From assembly GCA_964016885.1 (NCBI GenBank), contig OZ024747.1, positions 8,804,001-8,868,000 on the forward strand: a stretch of DNA of 64,000 nt. Reading direction: 5' to 3'. Shown here in pieces: positions 24,151 through 36,011 of this stretch. The DNA comes from Eledone cirrhosa. Taxonomy: Eukaryota. The position numbers were made by a program, and so were the translations under genes. The first letter of the stretch is position 1. Every line of letters begins with the position of its first letter. Below the pieces are notes generated by a model. That model did no database searches. It was given only the letters and a program-made list of their open reading frames with translations, and was not told the origin of the DNA.

Positions 24151-26621
24151 CCTGTAACAACAACAATAGTAAATGAAAAAAAAAATTGATATAATAGAAA
24201 AATATAGCATGTCAGAAAGGTGTTTTTTTATTTTTAAATATATTTGGCAAATAAAGAAAACATGTCTACTGAATACATATTTCACCAACACTTCTTATAA
24301 CAGAAACTGCATCAATTGAAAGAGTAATTTTAATGAAAGGAAACAATACAGACCAAAGAAACCAATACTAAACATGGTATTTACATAAACGAAGCCTGCA
24401 TTTAGATAAAGATTTCTTTTATCTTTAAATCTTAACATCCTGTAATAATTTAGTAGAAAATATCTAAAAACAAGTTTTTAATTCAAATGTTTATAGTATC
24501 TTTACTAGCAGACATGTGAAAATTTCACAGAAAATATCTAAAAATAAGTTAATTCAAATATTTATAGTCTCTTTTGCAATATTATCTCTTAACAGTCTAT
24601 AATGATTTCACAGAAAATATCTAAAAAGTGGGTTGAATCTTTTTTAGTAGACACATCATTGTAAACATTTGCAGTATTATTTCTTAATATCTTGTAATTG
24701 TTTCTACTTTTTGGCACAAGGCCAGCAATTATCCCAGTGTAGTACCAGTAATACACTGAGATAATTGTTGGCCTTGTGCCAAAAAGTAGAAACAATTATT
24801 TCTTAATATCTTGTAATGATTTAGCAGAAAATATCTAAAAACAGGTTAATTCAAATGATTATAGCACAGTAAACTATTTTTTAATGTGACGCAGTACAGA
24901 ATGCTAAGAGTTAAAAATAATAATAATTTCTTTTATAGATACCACATAATAACGATAATAATCATTTTGTATAATATTTCATGAGCATAACATTTTTTGA
25001 TTTTGTTGGAAAAAACATCTTCAACATGGTTTTCATTATTCCACTTTAGAGGAAAAAAATGTTCGTAGTATTATAACTTATATTTTTACACTTTTGATTC
25101 CAAACTATCTGAAATTGCTCCTAGTTCTATGATATTAACTTGCTTAAAGTGTTTATATTTATCTAAATACTTTCCAACTTAATATTATGGAAAACACTTA
25201 CTAATCCTTTCATTATTATACTTCTAATAAAAGACATAATTCTGGAAATAATCAAGAATTTGGAGAGATTTTGTAATATAACTAACCGTTTCATTATTTA
25301 GCTTATTGAACATAACAAAGGTTCTTACATAATATTATGATGGAAGGTTTTTAGATAACAATATGCATTTCAGTATTTGAATTGTACAACCAGAGGAAGT
25401 TTGGCATCAAACGGGTTACATGATGTTCCTATCACCAATTTAACAATGAGAAAATTAGTTAAAGCCCTCCAAATTCTTCATTATTTTCAAAATTATTTGA
25501 AAATTATAGGCAGTGTCTTCCATTAAAAATATACTAATGAAAGGGTTAAAGTGTTTGTATTTATCTAAAAGAAAAAAACAAACCTTCCATCATAATTTCA
25601 TATAAGAACCTTTGTTAAATTATGTTCCTCTCATCAACTTAATAATTCCTTCCAAATTCTGGTTTGTTTTCAAAATTATTTGAAAACCATAGGCAGTATT
25701 TTTCATTATAAATATGGCAACAAAAGGGTTAACAGTAATTTTACACTATTTTGTTTCTTTAGAGAATCTGATTCTCTCTCAGTCCAAGATAGGACCTGGG
25801 TCTGTAACAAGTAACTTTCTTAGAGAAGTCTAACACCTATTCTACAGCCTGTTAAACTGAGGTGAGATGTGAGATTTAACCCATATTTCTAATGAAAAAG
25901 TTACCTATGATCTTCAAATCATTTTCAAAACAAAGAAGGGGTTTGGTAATATAAATTTCTCATTGTTAAGTTGGTGTTCAGAATATAACTAAAGTTCTTA
26001 AAATTATGATAAATTTAGATATATATATAAACTCTTTAAAACAAATAGTTTTGTATATTAGAATCGGGGGCAGTTCAGGCAGATTGCTATCACAATGAAA
26101 TATAGGCAGCAGATACAAACTTAACCCCCCCCCCCCCCTCCTTCCATTAAAAAAAAAAAAATTATTCAAATGTCCATTTTGATTGAATCATAAAATACAT
26201 TTCAAAGCTCGAAAAATTATTTCATGACTAAATTATAAAAGGGTAAATAATTTAGATGGATGGGAATCCATCGAACCATGGACCCTTAACACCTAGAGGA
26301 GTCATAAGAACACCATAGTGATATATGGCATGTCTTGGGGTCTTGGATATCTAAACCTGATGAAGTCCATCCCTCTCCATGTTTGAACACAGCTGATTTC
26401 TTCCAGAGAAATATAGGAAGTGAGAAAGAGATGTAGAGGAAGAATTGACCAGCAGTACTGGACTGGCGCTTTATTTATCAACCTCAAAAGGTTAAAAGGC
26501 AAAGCTGACCTCGGCAGAATTTAAATTTAGTCTGCAGAGAGCCAGAATGAATACCATGAAGCAGTCTATCTAAAGACTCACTGACATTAATTTAGATATA
26601 AATACATTGAAGAAAATGCTA

Positions 26622-28000
26622 AATGGTTTAAGAAGTCTACTTCACAATCATGAGTTTCTGGGTTCAATCCCACTGTCTGGCACCTTATCTTTTATGAGAG
26701 TCTTCAGTTGACCGAAACCAAATGAGGGGAAATTCGAAAGGCAAAAACTATGGAGAAGCTCATCAGATGGCCTGTAATTCAAAAGACCAGCCATATCACA
26801 TGTCACATAAAAATGCAATGACTTCAGCATCATCCTCTAGTGCTTATTATGTCTCAGGTCAACCCATGCTATGCAAGTGAAAGTTGGTAGATGGAAACTG
26901 TCTGGAAGCCTGTTAAATAGACTGTACCTGTAATTCAAGGGGTCACCTTATACTGAATCTCCCTGAAAATTATGTTGGAATGCTCAGCCACTTACATGTT
27001 AATTTCATGAGCAGGTTCTTCTGATTATTGAACAAATGGAACACCCATTGTTGAAATTGGCTGAGGTTTGTTCTACACTGAAATTATTATTAGATTTGTT
27101 TGTTATAAACATATCTGTTTACTGGTCAATCACAAAAAAAGATAGATGGCATGACAGGCCTTGACCACAGTTTCATTTTTGTTTGTGATGTGCGAACGAG
27201 TATCCTCCACCTCTGGGTCCCAGCCGATAGGATGGAGAATATATTGCCCCAGAGGACGGTAAGGGAGATGTGCTTGAAGAGCCACCTCACTTCACGGGGC
27301 TTGAACCTGCGAGTGGCCAACTCTGCTCCGATAGCAGTGAGTTGGGATGTGGTCCAGGTGCCAGAAGTCTCCACTGCTACAGGCTCTACCACAAACCTAT
27401 CAGAGAGAGGCCGATACTTTGACAAATATCTGTTATATTTGAAAGAGCTAAAGAAAAACTTGTAATATCTACAAGTTTCCTTTGCTCTATTTCATGTTTA
27501 ACATTTCAAACAAGGTTGTAGTCAAAACATTTCAAATAGATTTAACTCTTTCATACCAAACCGACCTTGGTTCTATGACACAAAACAATTCTTATTAAAA
27601 TATTTATATTTATCCAGTTGTTCAATCAACAGAACAGCCTGCTCATGAAAATAACATGCAAGTGGCTGAGCATTCTACAGACATGTGTGTTCTTAACTTA
27701 ATTCTCAGGGAGATTCAGCATGACACTGTGACAAGGCTGACTCTTTGAATTACAGGTACAGTCAACCCAACAGGCTTCCAACAGTTTCTGTCTACCCAAT
27801 TTCACTCACAAGTTGGCCTGAGGTTATCGTAACTAAGACTTACCCAAGATTCTGTATCTATGAGATTTTGATATTATTTATTTTGAGAACAATACCTTAA
27901 CGTCAGTATGAGTAGCTGGTTACAGCTGGTTTAAATGCTAAAGGGTTAAACCCAAGACTAAATGATTGTGAAGTGAGCTTCTTAACCATTCAGCCATGCT
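26622..28000. mobile_element. Second tRNA-derived SINE family, inverted pair (+26622-27060, -27612-28000); further copies at about 36036, 39120, 45489, 51045, 54845, 60735
   Basis: Head tggtt.aagaag...ggttcaatcccactg; shared body gtacctgtaattcaa...ctgaatctccctga...cagccactt.catgtta on opposite strands. Confidence 0.65.
27190..27425 (-). mobile_element. CRE-like endonuclease C-terminal fragment
   Basis: Peptide KYRPLSDRFVVEPVAVETSGTW...WLFKHISLTVLWGNIFSIL. Confidence 0.6.
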
Positions 28001-28480
28001 GCGTTTGATTGTAGCAGCTATTGAAAGATTAGATGAAAATGAATTCATTATAAACTCTGATAAAATTCATAATCAATTGTAGTCCTGTCATCAGGTGATT
28101 AGCCTTGGCCATTGGTGGGGTGTGATTCCCTGGGCAGAATTTGAACTCAGAATTTAAAGTACCAGAACAGATACCACAAAGTATCTCATCTTATGTACTC
28201 TAACAATTCCATTAATTCACTGTCACAGACTGGTGCTTTATTTTAAATCAACCACCAAAAGGATGAAAGACTAGGTTAACCTCGGCTGGATTTGAACTCA
28301 GAGCTCAGAGAGCTGAAACAAATATCCAACACGCTGGCAGCTAATTCATCACCTTGATAAAATTACAGGTCTGTAAACATAATTTTGTGAATAGATAAAT
28401 TTCACTTTTACATCTGAACATTATAAAGTGTACACATGGTAATACAGTTGTTTAAATACATATAGAGAATAGGTTATAAG

Positions 28481-30571
28481 TTAAATAGTTCTTTGAACAG
28501 AATTCTGAGAGTTCAATGGTATATCTTTTGTTTTATTCTGTTTTTGTTCGTGGGCAAGAGGTCCTGGTACATTGTGCCAAGATGATGTTGACATTGGCGC
28601 CATAGGAAAACCACGAGACCAAAGATAATTGTTCTCCCAGTTTGGTGGAATCTCGTGTAAATATGATGCTGCCATCCATGAAGAAGAAACAGAAGATGGT
28701 GGCAACCTTATGGAAGCAGTCATCTGTGATTCCAACCGACGTCTTTCTTCCATCATAGCTGAAGGATGGTGGTGATGGTGGTGATGGTGATGATGATGAT
28801 GACGATGAAAAGAGCGGTCTTGATTGGTAGGGTTATTATCACTATGAGAATCATTGTTACTCGATTCCTCGTTACTACTGCTCACAGAACTATTGTATTT
28901 ATTAGACATGGAAATTTGTTTCTGAGAAGAAAATGAAGTATCTTTGTCATTGTTGCAATTATATTGCTGTTTTCCTAGAATACTTTTGTTACTATTATGC
29001 TTTTCAGGGAGAGTTTTGTTACAAGACATAGTTTCAGAGATATTGCTTGCAGTACTGGTGCTGTTGTGAGTTCTGATATGATTATTTAAATTACCTCTTT
29101 GGGAAAAAGCTTTTCCACACAGATTACAAGAATAAGGTTTTTCGCCAGTGTGTATTCTCATATGTGTCTTCAAGTTACCTTGCTGACTGAATGATTTGGA
29201 ACATATTGTGCACTGAAAAGGTTTCTCCCCAGAATGGACACGTTCATGATTGTTCAAGTGAATTTGTAAAGTGAAAGCCTTAGGGCAATATGCACATTTG
29301 AATAACTCTCCAGTATGAATTCGTTTGTGATTATCAAGATTTGTCTTTTGACTAAATGTTTTACCACATTCCAAACAGGTGAAAGGTCGAACTCCTGTGT
29401 GTATTCGCATATGGATGCTAAGGTTCCCAAGTTGACTGAAAGATTTTGAACAAAAATTACATTGATAGGGCTTTTCTCCAGTGTGCACTCTTTCATGGTT
29501 CTTTAAAGCTGTTTGCTGGCTAAATGATTTTGAACAAAAAGAGCAGTTGAAGGGTCTCTCCCCGGTATGAATTCGTTCATGATTTCGAAGATTAATCTGT
29601 TGATAGAAGGCTTTTGGACAAAATGAACATTTAAATAACTCACCAGTATGTATACGTCTATGACTGTCTAAATTAGTCCTTTGGCTAAACGCTTTACCAC
29701 AATCAGAACATTTATAGGGTTTCTCTCCTGAATGGGTTCGTAAATGGATACTGAGATTACCGAGTTGTGAGAAAGATCTGTCACAAACAGTACAATGGTA
29801 GGGACGTTGACCAGTGTGGATTCGTTCATGGTTTTTTAAAGCAGTTTGTTGACTAAAGGGGCGACTACAAACTGAACACTGATATGGTTTCTCTCCTGTA
29901 TGAATCCGTTCATGGTTACGTAGATTAATTTCCAATGTGAATTCCTTAGAACATGTTGAACAAGTAAAGAGATCTCCAGTGTGAATGCGTTTATGACTGT
30001 CTAAATTGACTTTCTGAGTAAAGGTACGATCACACGAATCACAAGAGTAAGGACGATCACCAGAGTGTGTTCTCATATGCGTATTCAAGTTACCTTGCTG
30101 GCTGAAGGCTTTAGAGCAAATATTACAAAGAAAGGGTTTTTCCCCAGAATGAATCCTCTGATGATTACGTAGGTTAACTTGCTGACTAAATGTCTTATCA
30201 CAATCATTGCAATTGAAAGGTTTTTCACCGGTATGAACTCGTTCATGGTTCTTCACAAAGATTTGCTGTGAGAAAGCTTTTTCACAGTAGCTGCAATAAT
30301 AATGCTTATCCCCTGATGCTGAACGTTCATGGTTATTAAGATTAACCCTGCGTGCAAAACCCTTTCTACATATTTCACATTTGAAAGGTTTTTCTTGAGA
30401 TGAGAGGTTTTTGGGATTCTCAAGTTGAGGTTTTGAATTTTTATTTTCTAAGTTTGACAATGATTGCAAATTGGAATGAGAATGTTGTTGGTCATTTTGA
30501 TAATATATTTGATTTTGTGGTTCAAAATTTATATGGTTTCCTACAGGGTACATTGTCTGAAGTGGATACAT
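28481..30571 (-). CDS. C2H2 zinc-finger protein ZNF-B (696 aa): 16 fingers (first lacks the second His), Ser/Asn-rich and poly-His C-terminus
   Basis: Uninterrupted ORF with TGEKP/SGEKP linkers. An in-frame upstream stop at 30695-30697 supports ATG 30571 as the start. Confidence 0.95.
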   Translation of the reverse strand: MYPLQTMYPVGNHINFEPQNQIYYQNDQQHSHSNLQSLSNLENKNSKPQLENPKNLSSQEKPFKCEICRKGFARRVNLNNHERSASGDKHYYCSYCEKAFSQQIFVKNHERVHTGEKPFNCNDCDKTFSQQVNLRNHQRIHSGEKPFLCNICSKAFSQQGNLNTHMRTHSGDRPYSCDSCDRTFTQKVNLDSHKRIHTGDLFTCSTCSKEFTLEINLRNHERIHTGEKPYQCSVCSRPFSQQTALKNHERIHTGQRPYHCTVCDRSFSQLGNLSIHLRTHSGEKPYKCSDCGKAFSQRTNLDSHRRIHTGELFKCSFCPKAFYQQINLRNHERIHTGERPFNCSFCSKSFSQQTALKNHERVHTGEKPYQCNFCSKSFSQLGNLSIHMRIHTGVRPFTCLECGKTFSQKTNLDNHKRIHTGELFKCAYCPKAFTLQIHLNNHERVHSGEKPFQCTICSKSFSQQGNLKTHMRIHTGEKPYSCNLCGKAFSQRGNLNNHIRTHNSTSTASNISETMSCNKTLPEKHNSNKSILGKQQYNCNNDKDTSFSSQKQISMSNKYNSSVSSSNEESSNNDSHSDNNPTNQDRSFHRHHHHHHHHHHHHPSAMMEERRRLESQMTASIRLPPSSVSSSWMAASYLHEIPPNWENNYLWSRGFPMAPMSTSSWHNVPGPLAHEQKQNKTKDIPLNSQNSVQRTI

Positions 30572-30728
30572 AGTATTGTTCTTTGATGGAAATATAGCAT
30601 CAGTGAATATCAGTTTTTTCTCTTTTTTGTTATCATTAATATCTGTTTCAAGTGATAATAATATGAAATCTGCTAATGTGACTCCAGTTAATATTTACTG
30701 CACAGTTAACTTCTGTTGCATCGGCAAG

Positions 30729-30750
30729 CTGAAAATATATCAAAATATTT
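30729..30750 (-). other. Probable splice acceptor of a 5-prime UTR intron of ZNF-B
   Basis: Minus strand ...attttgatatattttcAG|cttgcc, exon starting at 30728. Confidence 0.5.
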
Positions 30751-30947
30751 TCTGTTTAATATTTCGGTTATATCTGAAGACTTGTAATTTTTTTTTTTTT
30801 TTTTTGTTGTTGTTAAATATATATATATTACTTGTGATAGAGTTACAGTAAAATATTAATAATAGCAATAGAGTTAATTTTAAAACATTCACTCAATCAA
30901 ATTTTAATAACTTATTAGGTTTCTACAGAGGAAGGAGCATGTCGTTG

Positions 30948-31023
30948 GGCAGGCAAGGATCATATGGTTCAAAGCACCTAGCCGGTATCTGGAGATACAA
31001 GGTCCGATTCCTTATATCGGCCA
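30948..31023 (+). pseudogene. Decayed tRNA-like sequence (tRNA-Thr-like pseudogene or SINE head)
   Basis: TGGTTCAAAGCACCT...GGAGATACAAGGTCCGATTCCTT resembles the tRNA-Thr D-loop, variable loop and T-arm; the acceptor stem does not pair. Confidence 0.45.
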
Positions 31024-31164
31024 ATGGCAACTCCCTTTTCCATCTCTAAGGGTTGTCACCTTATTTTATAATCTATTTTATAGGATCTCCATGCATGAGC
31101 ACACTGCTCTTTATATATGTTTTCCATGTACAAAGGAATTTTAATAAGGAATATATATATATAA

Positions 31165-32175
31165 GTGGTGAGAGCTGATCTCAGATCACTAAAGCTCACG
31201 AAGGAGATGACCTGGTGGTGGAACAGCACCATGGATAGAGCTATTAGAGCCAATTGACAAGCCTGGAAATACTGGGAAAGATCAATACCAGGTAGTAAAA
31301 AGAAGCTAGACAACAAGTTGATAACTGTGGAGAATGAGTGGGAGAAAGAGAGACTACTAGCAACAGAAGGGAGCAGCTATCGAAATTGACAGTTATAGTG
31401 TCAAGGGAGAAATCAATGATAAAGCAACTGCACCATCAGAGATAGTCGCTGAGATATTGAAATCATCTGGGGAAGTAGGAGCTGAATTAGTTGTCTGTAT
31501 AATTAATCAGACAATACAGAATGGTATCATACCCAATGACTGGCAAAGTAGTCTATTAATTAACTGTTATAAAGGTAAAGATGATGAGCTAGATAGAAAC
31601 AATTATAGAGCCATAACATTGATGGACCAAGCTATGAAAGTAACAATAAGAACAGGATGGAAAAAGTTCAGGGAGCTATAACTGCTGTTGAAATCAAAAG
31701 GTTTCTCTTTACAAACGAAAAGCTGGCTGTATGATGATGTGTGATGTTGCATTGTTGTGAGACATGGGCTGTGAATGCACAGGATTTGATCGGGAGAAAT
31801 GAAGTGAGCATGCTCTGATGGATGTGCAATGTTAATGTACATGAATGACAAAACATGGATGAACTGAGAGAAAAACTGGCCATAGGAGGAATTAGATGTA
31901 GTGTACAAGAGAGAAGACTCTGCTGGTATAGACATGTGATGTACATGGATGATGATTGGTGGCTGAAGAAGTGCCAGGATATTCCAGTGGAAGGATGTCA
32001 CAGTAGAGGAAGACCTGGGTGGAGGTGGTGAGAGCTGATCCCAAATTGCTGAAGTTCAAAGAGATGACAATGGAATGTGACAAGTGGAGGATGCTGTGCT
32101 GAAAAAAACCTGTCCAACCCATGCAAGTGTGGAAAAGCGGACCTAAATTGGCGATGATGATGATGATGATGATAT
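31165..32175 (+). mobile_element. Internally deleted RTE-clade element with (GAT)n tail
   Basis: Peptides TWWWNS and IPNDWQSSLLINCYKGKDDELDRNNYRAITLMDQAMKV; 3-prime end ccaacccatgcaag...gatgatgat. Confidence 0.75.
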
Positions 32176-33986
32176 AACATACAAATATTTATTTAATAAA
32201 AGCATTTTCAAAATACAAGAAAACTATATATAATTTAGGTGATAACATGGAAGGCATGAGAAGGCATAAGAAACGGGGGCAGGGGGTTAAGAAATATGGG
32301 ATACCGGAAGGAATTTAAATATAAGGAAGAAGACAAATAATAGGGGAAAAGAAAAAACAAATGAAAATGTTTAAGGGGACAGGGGAGAAATGAGGCTGGG
32401 AAAGGTTACGTGGAGTATAAATATATATGTGAATTACAATAAGTAAAAAGAGAAAATATTAGGGAAGGGTAGAGAAAGTTAGGAATCCTAGAGATATATA
32501 TCCTAAAAAGGAATGAATGCAAGTGAATGTTAATTCTAAAAAGAAATGATAGAAGAGGAAATAAATAACATCAGTTACTTAAAAAAATGTAACACAAGAT
32601 TTAGATGTAAAAAAAAACCCGATATAGTAATGTTGGTTAAACCCCAGAGAGAGTATGGTTTTCGTTATTGTTTAATCCCAGGTCAGGTTTATGATCAAAA
32701 GCATTTCAGCTATGCTATCCAGTCTTTTATATAGTACTACATTATCTAATGTCTCCTTTCTTTAAGTCTTAACACCCTGTAATGATTTAACTGAATATAT
32801 CTAAAAACAAGTCTATTACAAATATTTATAGTATCATTACTACTGAATAAGTCGCTATGAAAATTTGCAATATTAGAGTAAAGACTAATGTTTAATGTGA
32901 AGCTGTCATGGTGCTCTTTACATGAATATCTTGCTAATGTGGTTTGTTAATTCAAATGTTTATAGTAACTTTATTCGTGAACAAATCGTTGTCGAAGTTT
33001 GTATCAAAGACTCATTTTTTATGTTAAGTAGTCATAATGTTGTTTTGTACTTTTTAAAAATGTATTGCAAATGTGGTTTCATGCGGTACAGGACATTAAG
33101 AGTTAAGAAAGTAGGGTGTGATTTGATGGAGATTTGGCTACTGTTTCTAGCAGCTTGAGCGACCACGTAGATGCCTGCTCATTTGTTCGAGGGAGCATGA
33201 GAGAGGCAAGAGTGAGATATATTAAGGAGGGAAGAGAAGTTTTAAAAAAGGGGTCAAATAAGAACAGAATGGTTTATTATGCTTCGAAATGAGAACGGTC
33301 TATATAAGAGGGAAAAACTGTGGCAACGATAGATAGATAGATAAAGAGAGAGAGGGGAAGACAAAGGAGGCAGAGAGAGAAGAGAAATAGGAAAACAAGA
33401 GTGAGAGGAAGGGGATGTAGTAGGACTGAAAACAAACGAAAGCGAGAGATATAGAGACACAGAGTGCGTCAGAGAAAGGGAAACAGAGAGGGAGAGAGGG
33501 AGAGAGACAGACCCAGAGAGAGAGAGAGAGTTAGAGAAAGGGGAAAAGGGAGAGAGAGAGAGACTCAAACAGAGTTAGGGAAAGGGGAAGAGAGAGAATT
33601 ATCTGAATTGTAATAGGATAGAAAACAGTAGGAGAGAATATAAAAAAATAGAGTCAGAGATAAGAAACAAGACAGATGGCAGCTTGAGAGAAAAATATAA
33701 TTAAAGATTAAGAATACCGAAGGTTTTTAAAAAAAAAAAACGAACAAAAAAATTATAATTGAAAATAAAATTTAAAAAGAAAAAGACTATAATTGAAAGA
33801 AATAAAAAAAAATTAAAAGTATAGAGGTAAAAGATAAGAGAGAAAAGGGAATTAAAATTAAAATTTAAGAAATAAAGTGAAAGTTAAATGAAAACGAAGG
33901 AATGGAATGGAGCTAAATTAAAAATTGAAAAAAAAAATAGTAGAAGCAAGATAGATTGGTAATCTTTCGTTTTAAGATCATAGACA

Positions 33987-33995
33987 ACTTCCGGT
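33987..33995 (-). promoter_or_regulatory. Consensus ETS site ACCGGAAGT in the candidate promoter region of ZNF-B
   Basis: Exact 9-mer about 3.4 kb upstream of the ZNF-B ATG in non-repetitive sequence; function is inference only. Confidence 0.3.
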
Positions 33996-34491
33996 AATTT
34001 CCGTGTGTAAAAAAATTACATCTTTATTTTTTTAATTTTAATAAATCTAATTGTAATCTACATCTTCGAAATGTATCTCCGTTGCAAAATATGCATTATT
34101 AAGAAAGTTATAAGGAAACAAAGTCAGGTCGGATGATTATACTGTAGTTATGCCGTCATACATATATACATAATAGCCTAGTACCCGTAAAAATGGGGGA
34201 GTTTATTGTAAAAATGTATTTTAATTCAACAATTCCTTGATGACAACGTTCTATGTTTTTCTGGACCTTCTTCCTCTTGTCATCTCGGCCACTGTGATCT
34301 TAAATCGAAGGATTATCAGATGTTTGTTATAGAATAAGGTTGAAAAGGGAGGATAGAGAGATAAACAGAAATATATATATATATATAAATATTTTAGCTT
34401 GTTGTATCCCAACAAATTAAATATAACCTCTGCATATATATATATGTATATATATGTACTGCCTCTGTTTTGTTCCCGTTCAATTTTTGAC

Positions 34492-34579
<88 letters not shown>

Positions 34580-34972
34580 AAAGAGAAGGAAAATGAGATG
34601 TGTAGAAGAAAGACTGATGGAAGAAGGAGAGGAAAAGAAGGCTATGGAAATTAGAAAGATGGAGAGATGGATAGAGATAGAGGGATAAAGAGGCGGCATT
34701 GAAGGAATTAGTGAAAAAGAGATATTAGCTAGACGGAGAAGGGGTGAGGTGGGGGAGAATAGGGTGAGTTTTAAGTATACGGACCTTTCCCCACCCACCC
34801 CACCATTAATATACGAAAAATATCGATTGCCTAAACACACACACACATACATATGTGTACACATAAATATACATACATAAATGCACATACACATAAATAT
34901 GTATGTATATATACACATATCAGTGAAACTAATAAGACTGTTTTTGCATCTGTAATATATATATATGTGTAC

Positions 34973-35007
<35 letters not shown>

Positions 35008-35072
35008 TTTATCCCGGGTTCAATCGGGGGTAACCACAGTAAGTAAGGTACTCAACACAAAGCAGAGTATAA

Positions 35073-35178
35073 ATATTTAATATAGAAAAGGCTTCTACGG
35101 GACTAGAACTGTTTCATTCCTGATTTCTCCCGTATGAAACAGTTTTAGTCCCGTAGAAGCCTTTTCTATATTAAATAT
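35073..35178. repeat. Foldback inverted repeat, 45-bp arms, 16-nt spacer
   Basis: 35073-35117 is the reverse complement of 35134-35178 with one mismatch (G-U in the plus-strand RNA). Flanked by (TA)n. Confidence 0.9.
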
Positions 35179-35410
35179 ATATATACATGCAATTTGGTAT
35201 AAATATCAATGAGCACTCAGTCCATATCACTGTTGTAACTAATTATATACATATGTATGTTAATTCCGACGAGTGATCCAGTTGTACAACTCATTTTTAT
35301 CACAGGATCATATAGGAATCGGCTGGAGTAACATGAAATAGTATCTTGCTAAAGTACACACACATGTATATATATATAGACAATGATATTACATAAAGTG
35401 AAACTATATT

Positions 35411-35472
35411 TATTCTATTATATATATTTCAAGGGTACCAAATACTTTGGTACGCTTTCATCAGATAAAATA
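35411..35472 (-). ncRNA. Minimal type-I hammerhead ribozyme, inverted partner copy
   Basis: Reverse complement of 35558-35619, differing only at one stem-II loop base. Confidence 0.75.
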
Positions 35473-35557
35473 CAAGGTGTGTTTTATAAATGTTGACATA
35501 GGCAAGGAACATACCTTAACGGTTGAAGTTTTCCTTGGATTTATAAAAGACACCTTG

Positions 35558-35619
35558 TATTTTATCTGATGAAAGCGTACCAAAGTTTTTGGTACCCTTG
35601 AAATATATATAATAGAATA
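35558..35619 (+). ncRNA. Minimal type-I hammerhead ribozyme (Penelope-like)
   Basis: Stem I TATTTTAT / CTGATGA (35566-35572) / 12-bp stem II with 1 mismatch / GAAA (35600-35603) / palindromic TATATA / TA cleavage site (after 35611) / ATAGAATA closing stem I (8 bp with one G-U). Confidence 0.75.
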
Positions 35620-35821
35620 AATATGGTTTTATAAATATAGTTTCCATTTATTTAATATTATTGAATATTATACTCCAGAAAACTTGTCGAGAGCTCTGAA
35701 TCAGTTATAAACATTTATATTTGCTGAATTACCAACAAATTGAATATCCTTTCTGCTTATAAATATATATATACATACATACATATATATATACACACAT
35801 ATATATATATATATATATAAA

Positions 35822-36011
35822 ACACAATTAAACATATACTCAGGAGAAAAACATCACACATGGATCATGTGTGTATACATATGTGTATATATTATATATA
35901 TATGTGTGTGTGTGTGTATGTATGTATATATATATAATATATACACATATATATGTATACACACATGATCCATGTGTGATGTTTTTCTCCTGAGTATATG
36001 TTTAATTGTGT
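35822..36011. repeat. Foldback inverted repeat, about 60-bp perfect arms around a TA/TG microsatellite spacer
   Basis: acacaattaaacatatactcaggagaaaaacatcacacatggatcatgtgtgtatacatat and its exact reverse complement ending at 36011. Confidence 0.9.

Larger units (their letters stand above)
35401..35629. repeat. Foldback inverted repeat, about 91-bp arms, 47-nt spacer, carrying the two hammerheads
   Basis: 35401-35491 versus 35539-35629, about 3 mismatches seen. Confidence 0.9.
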
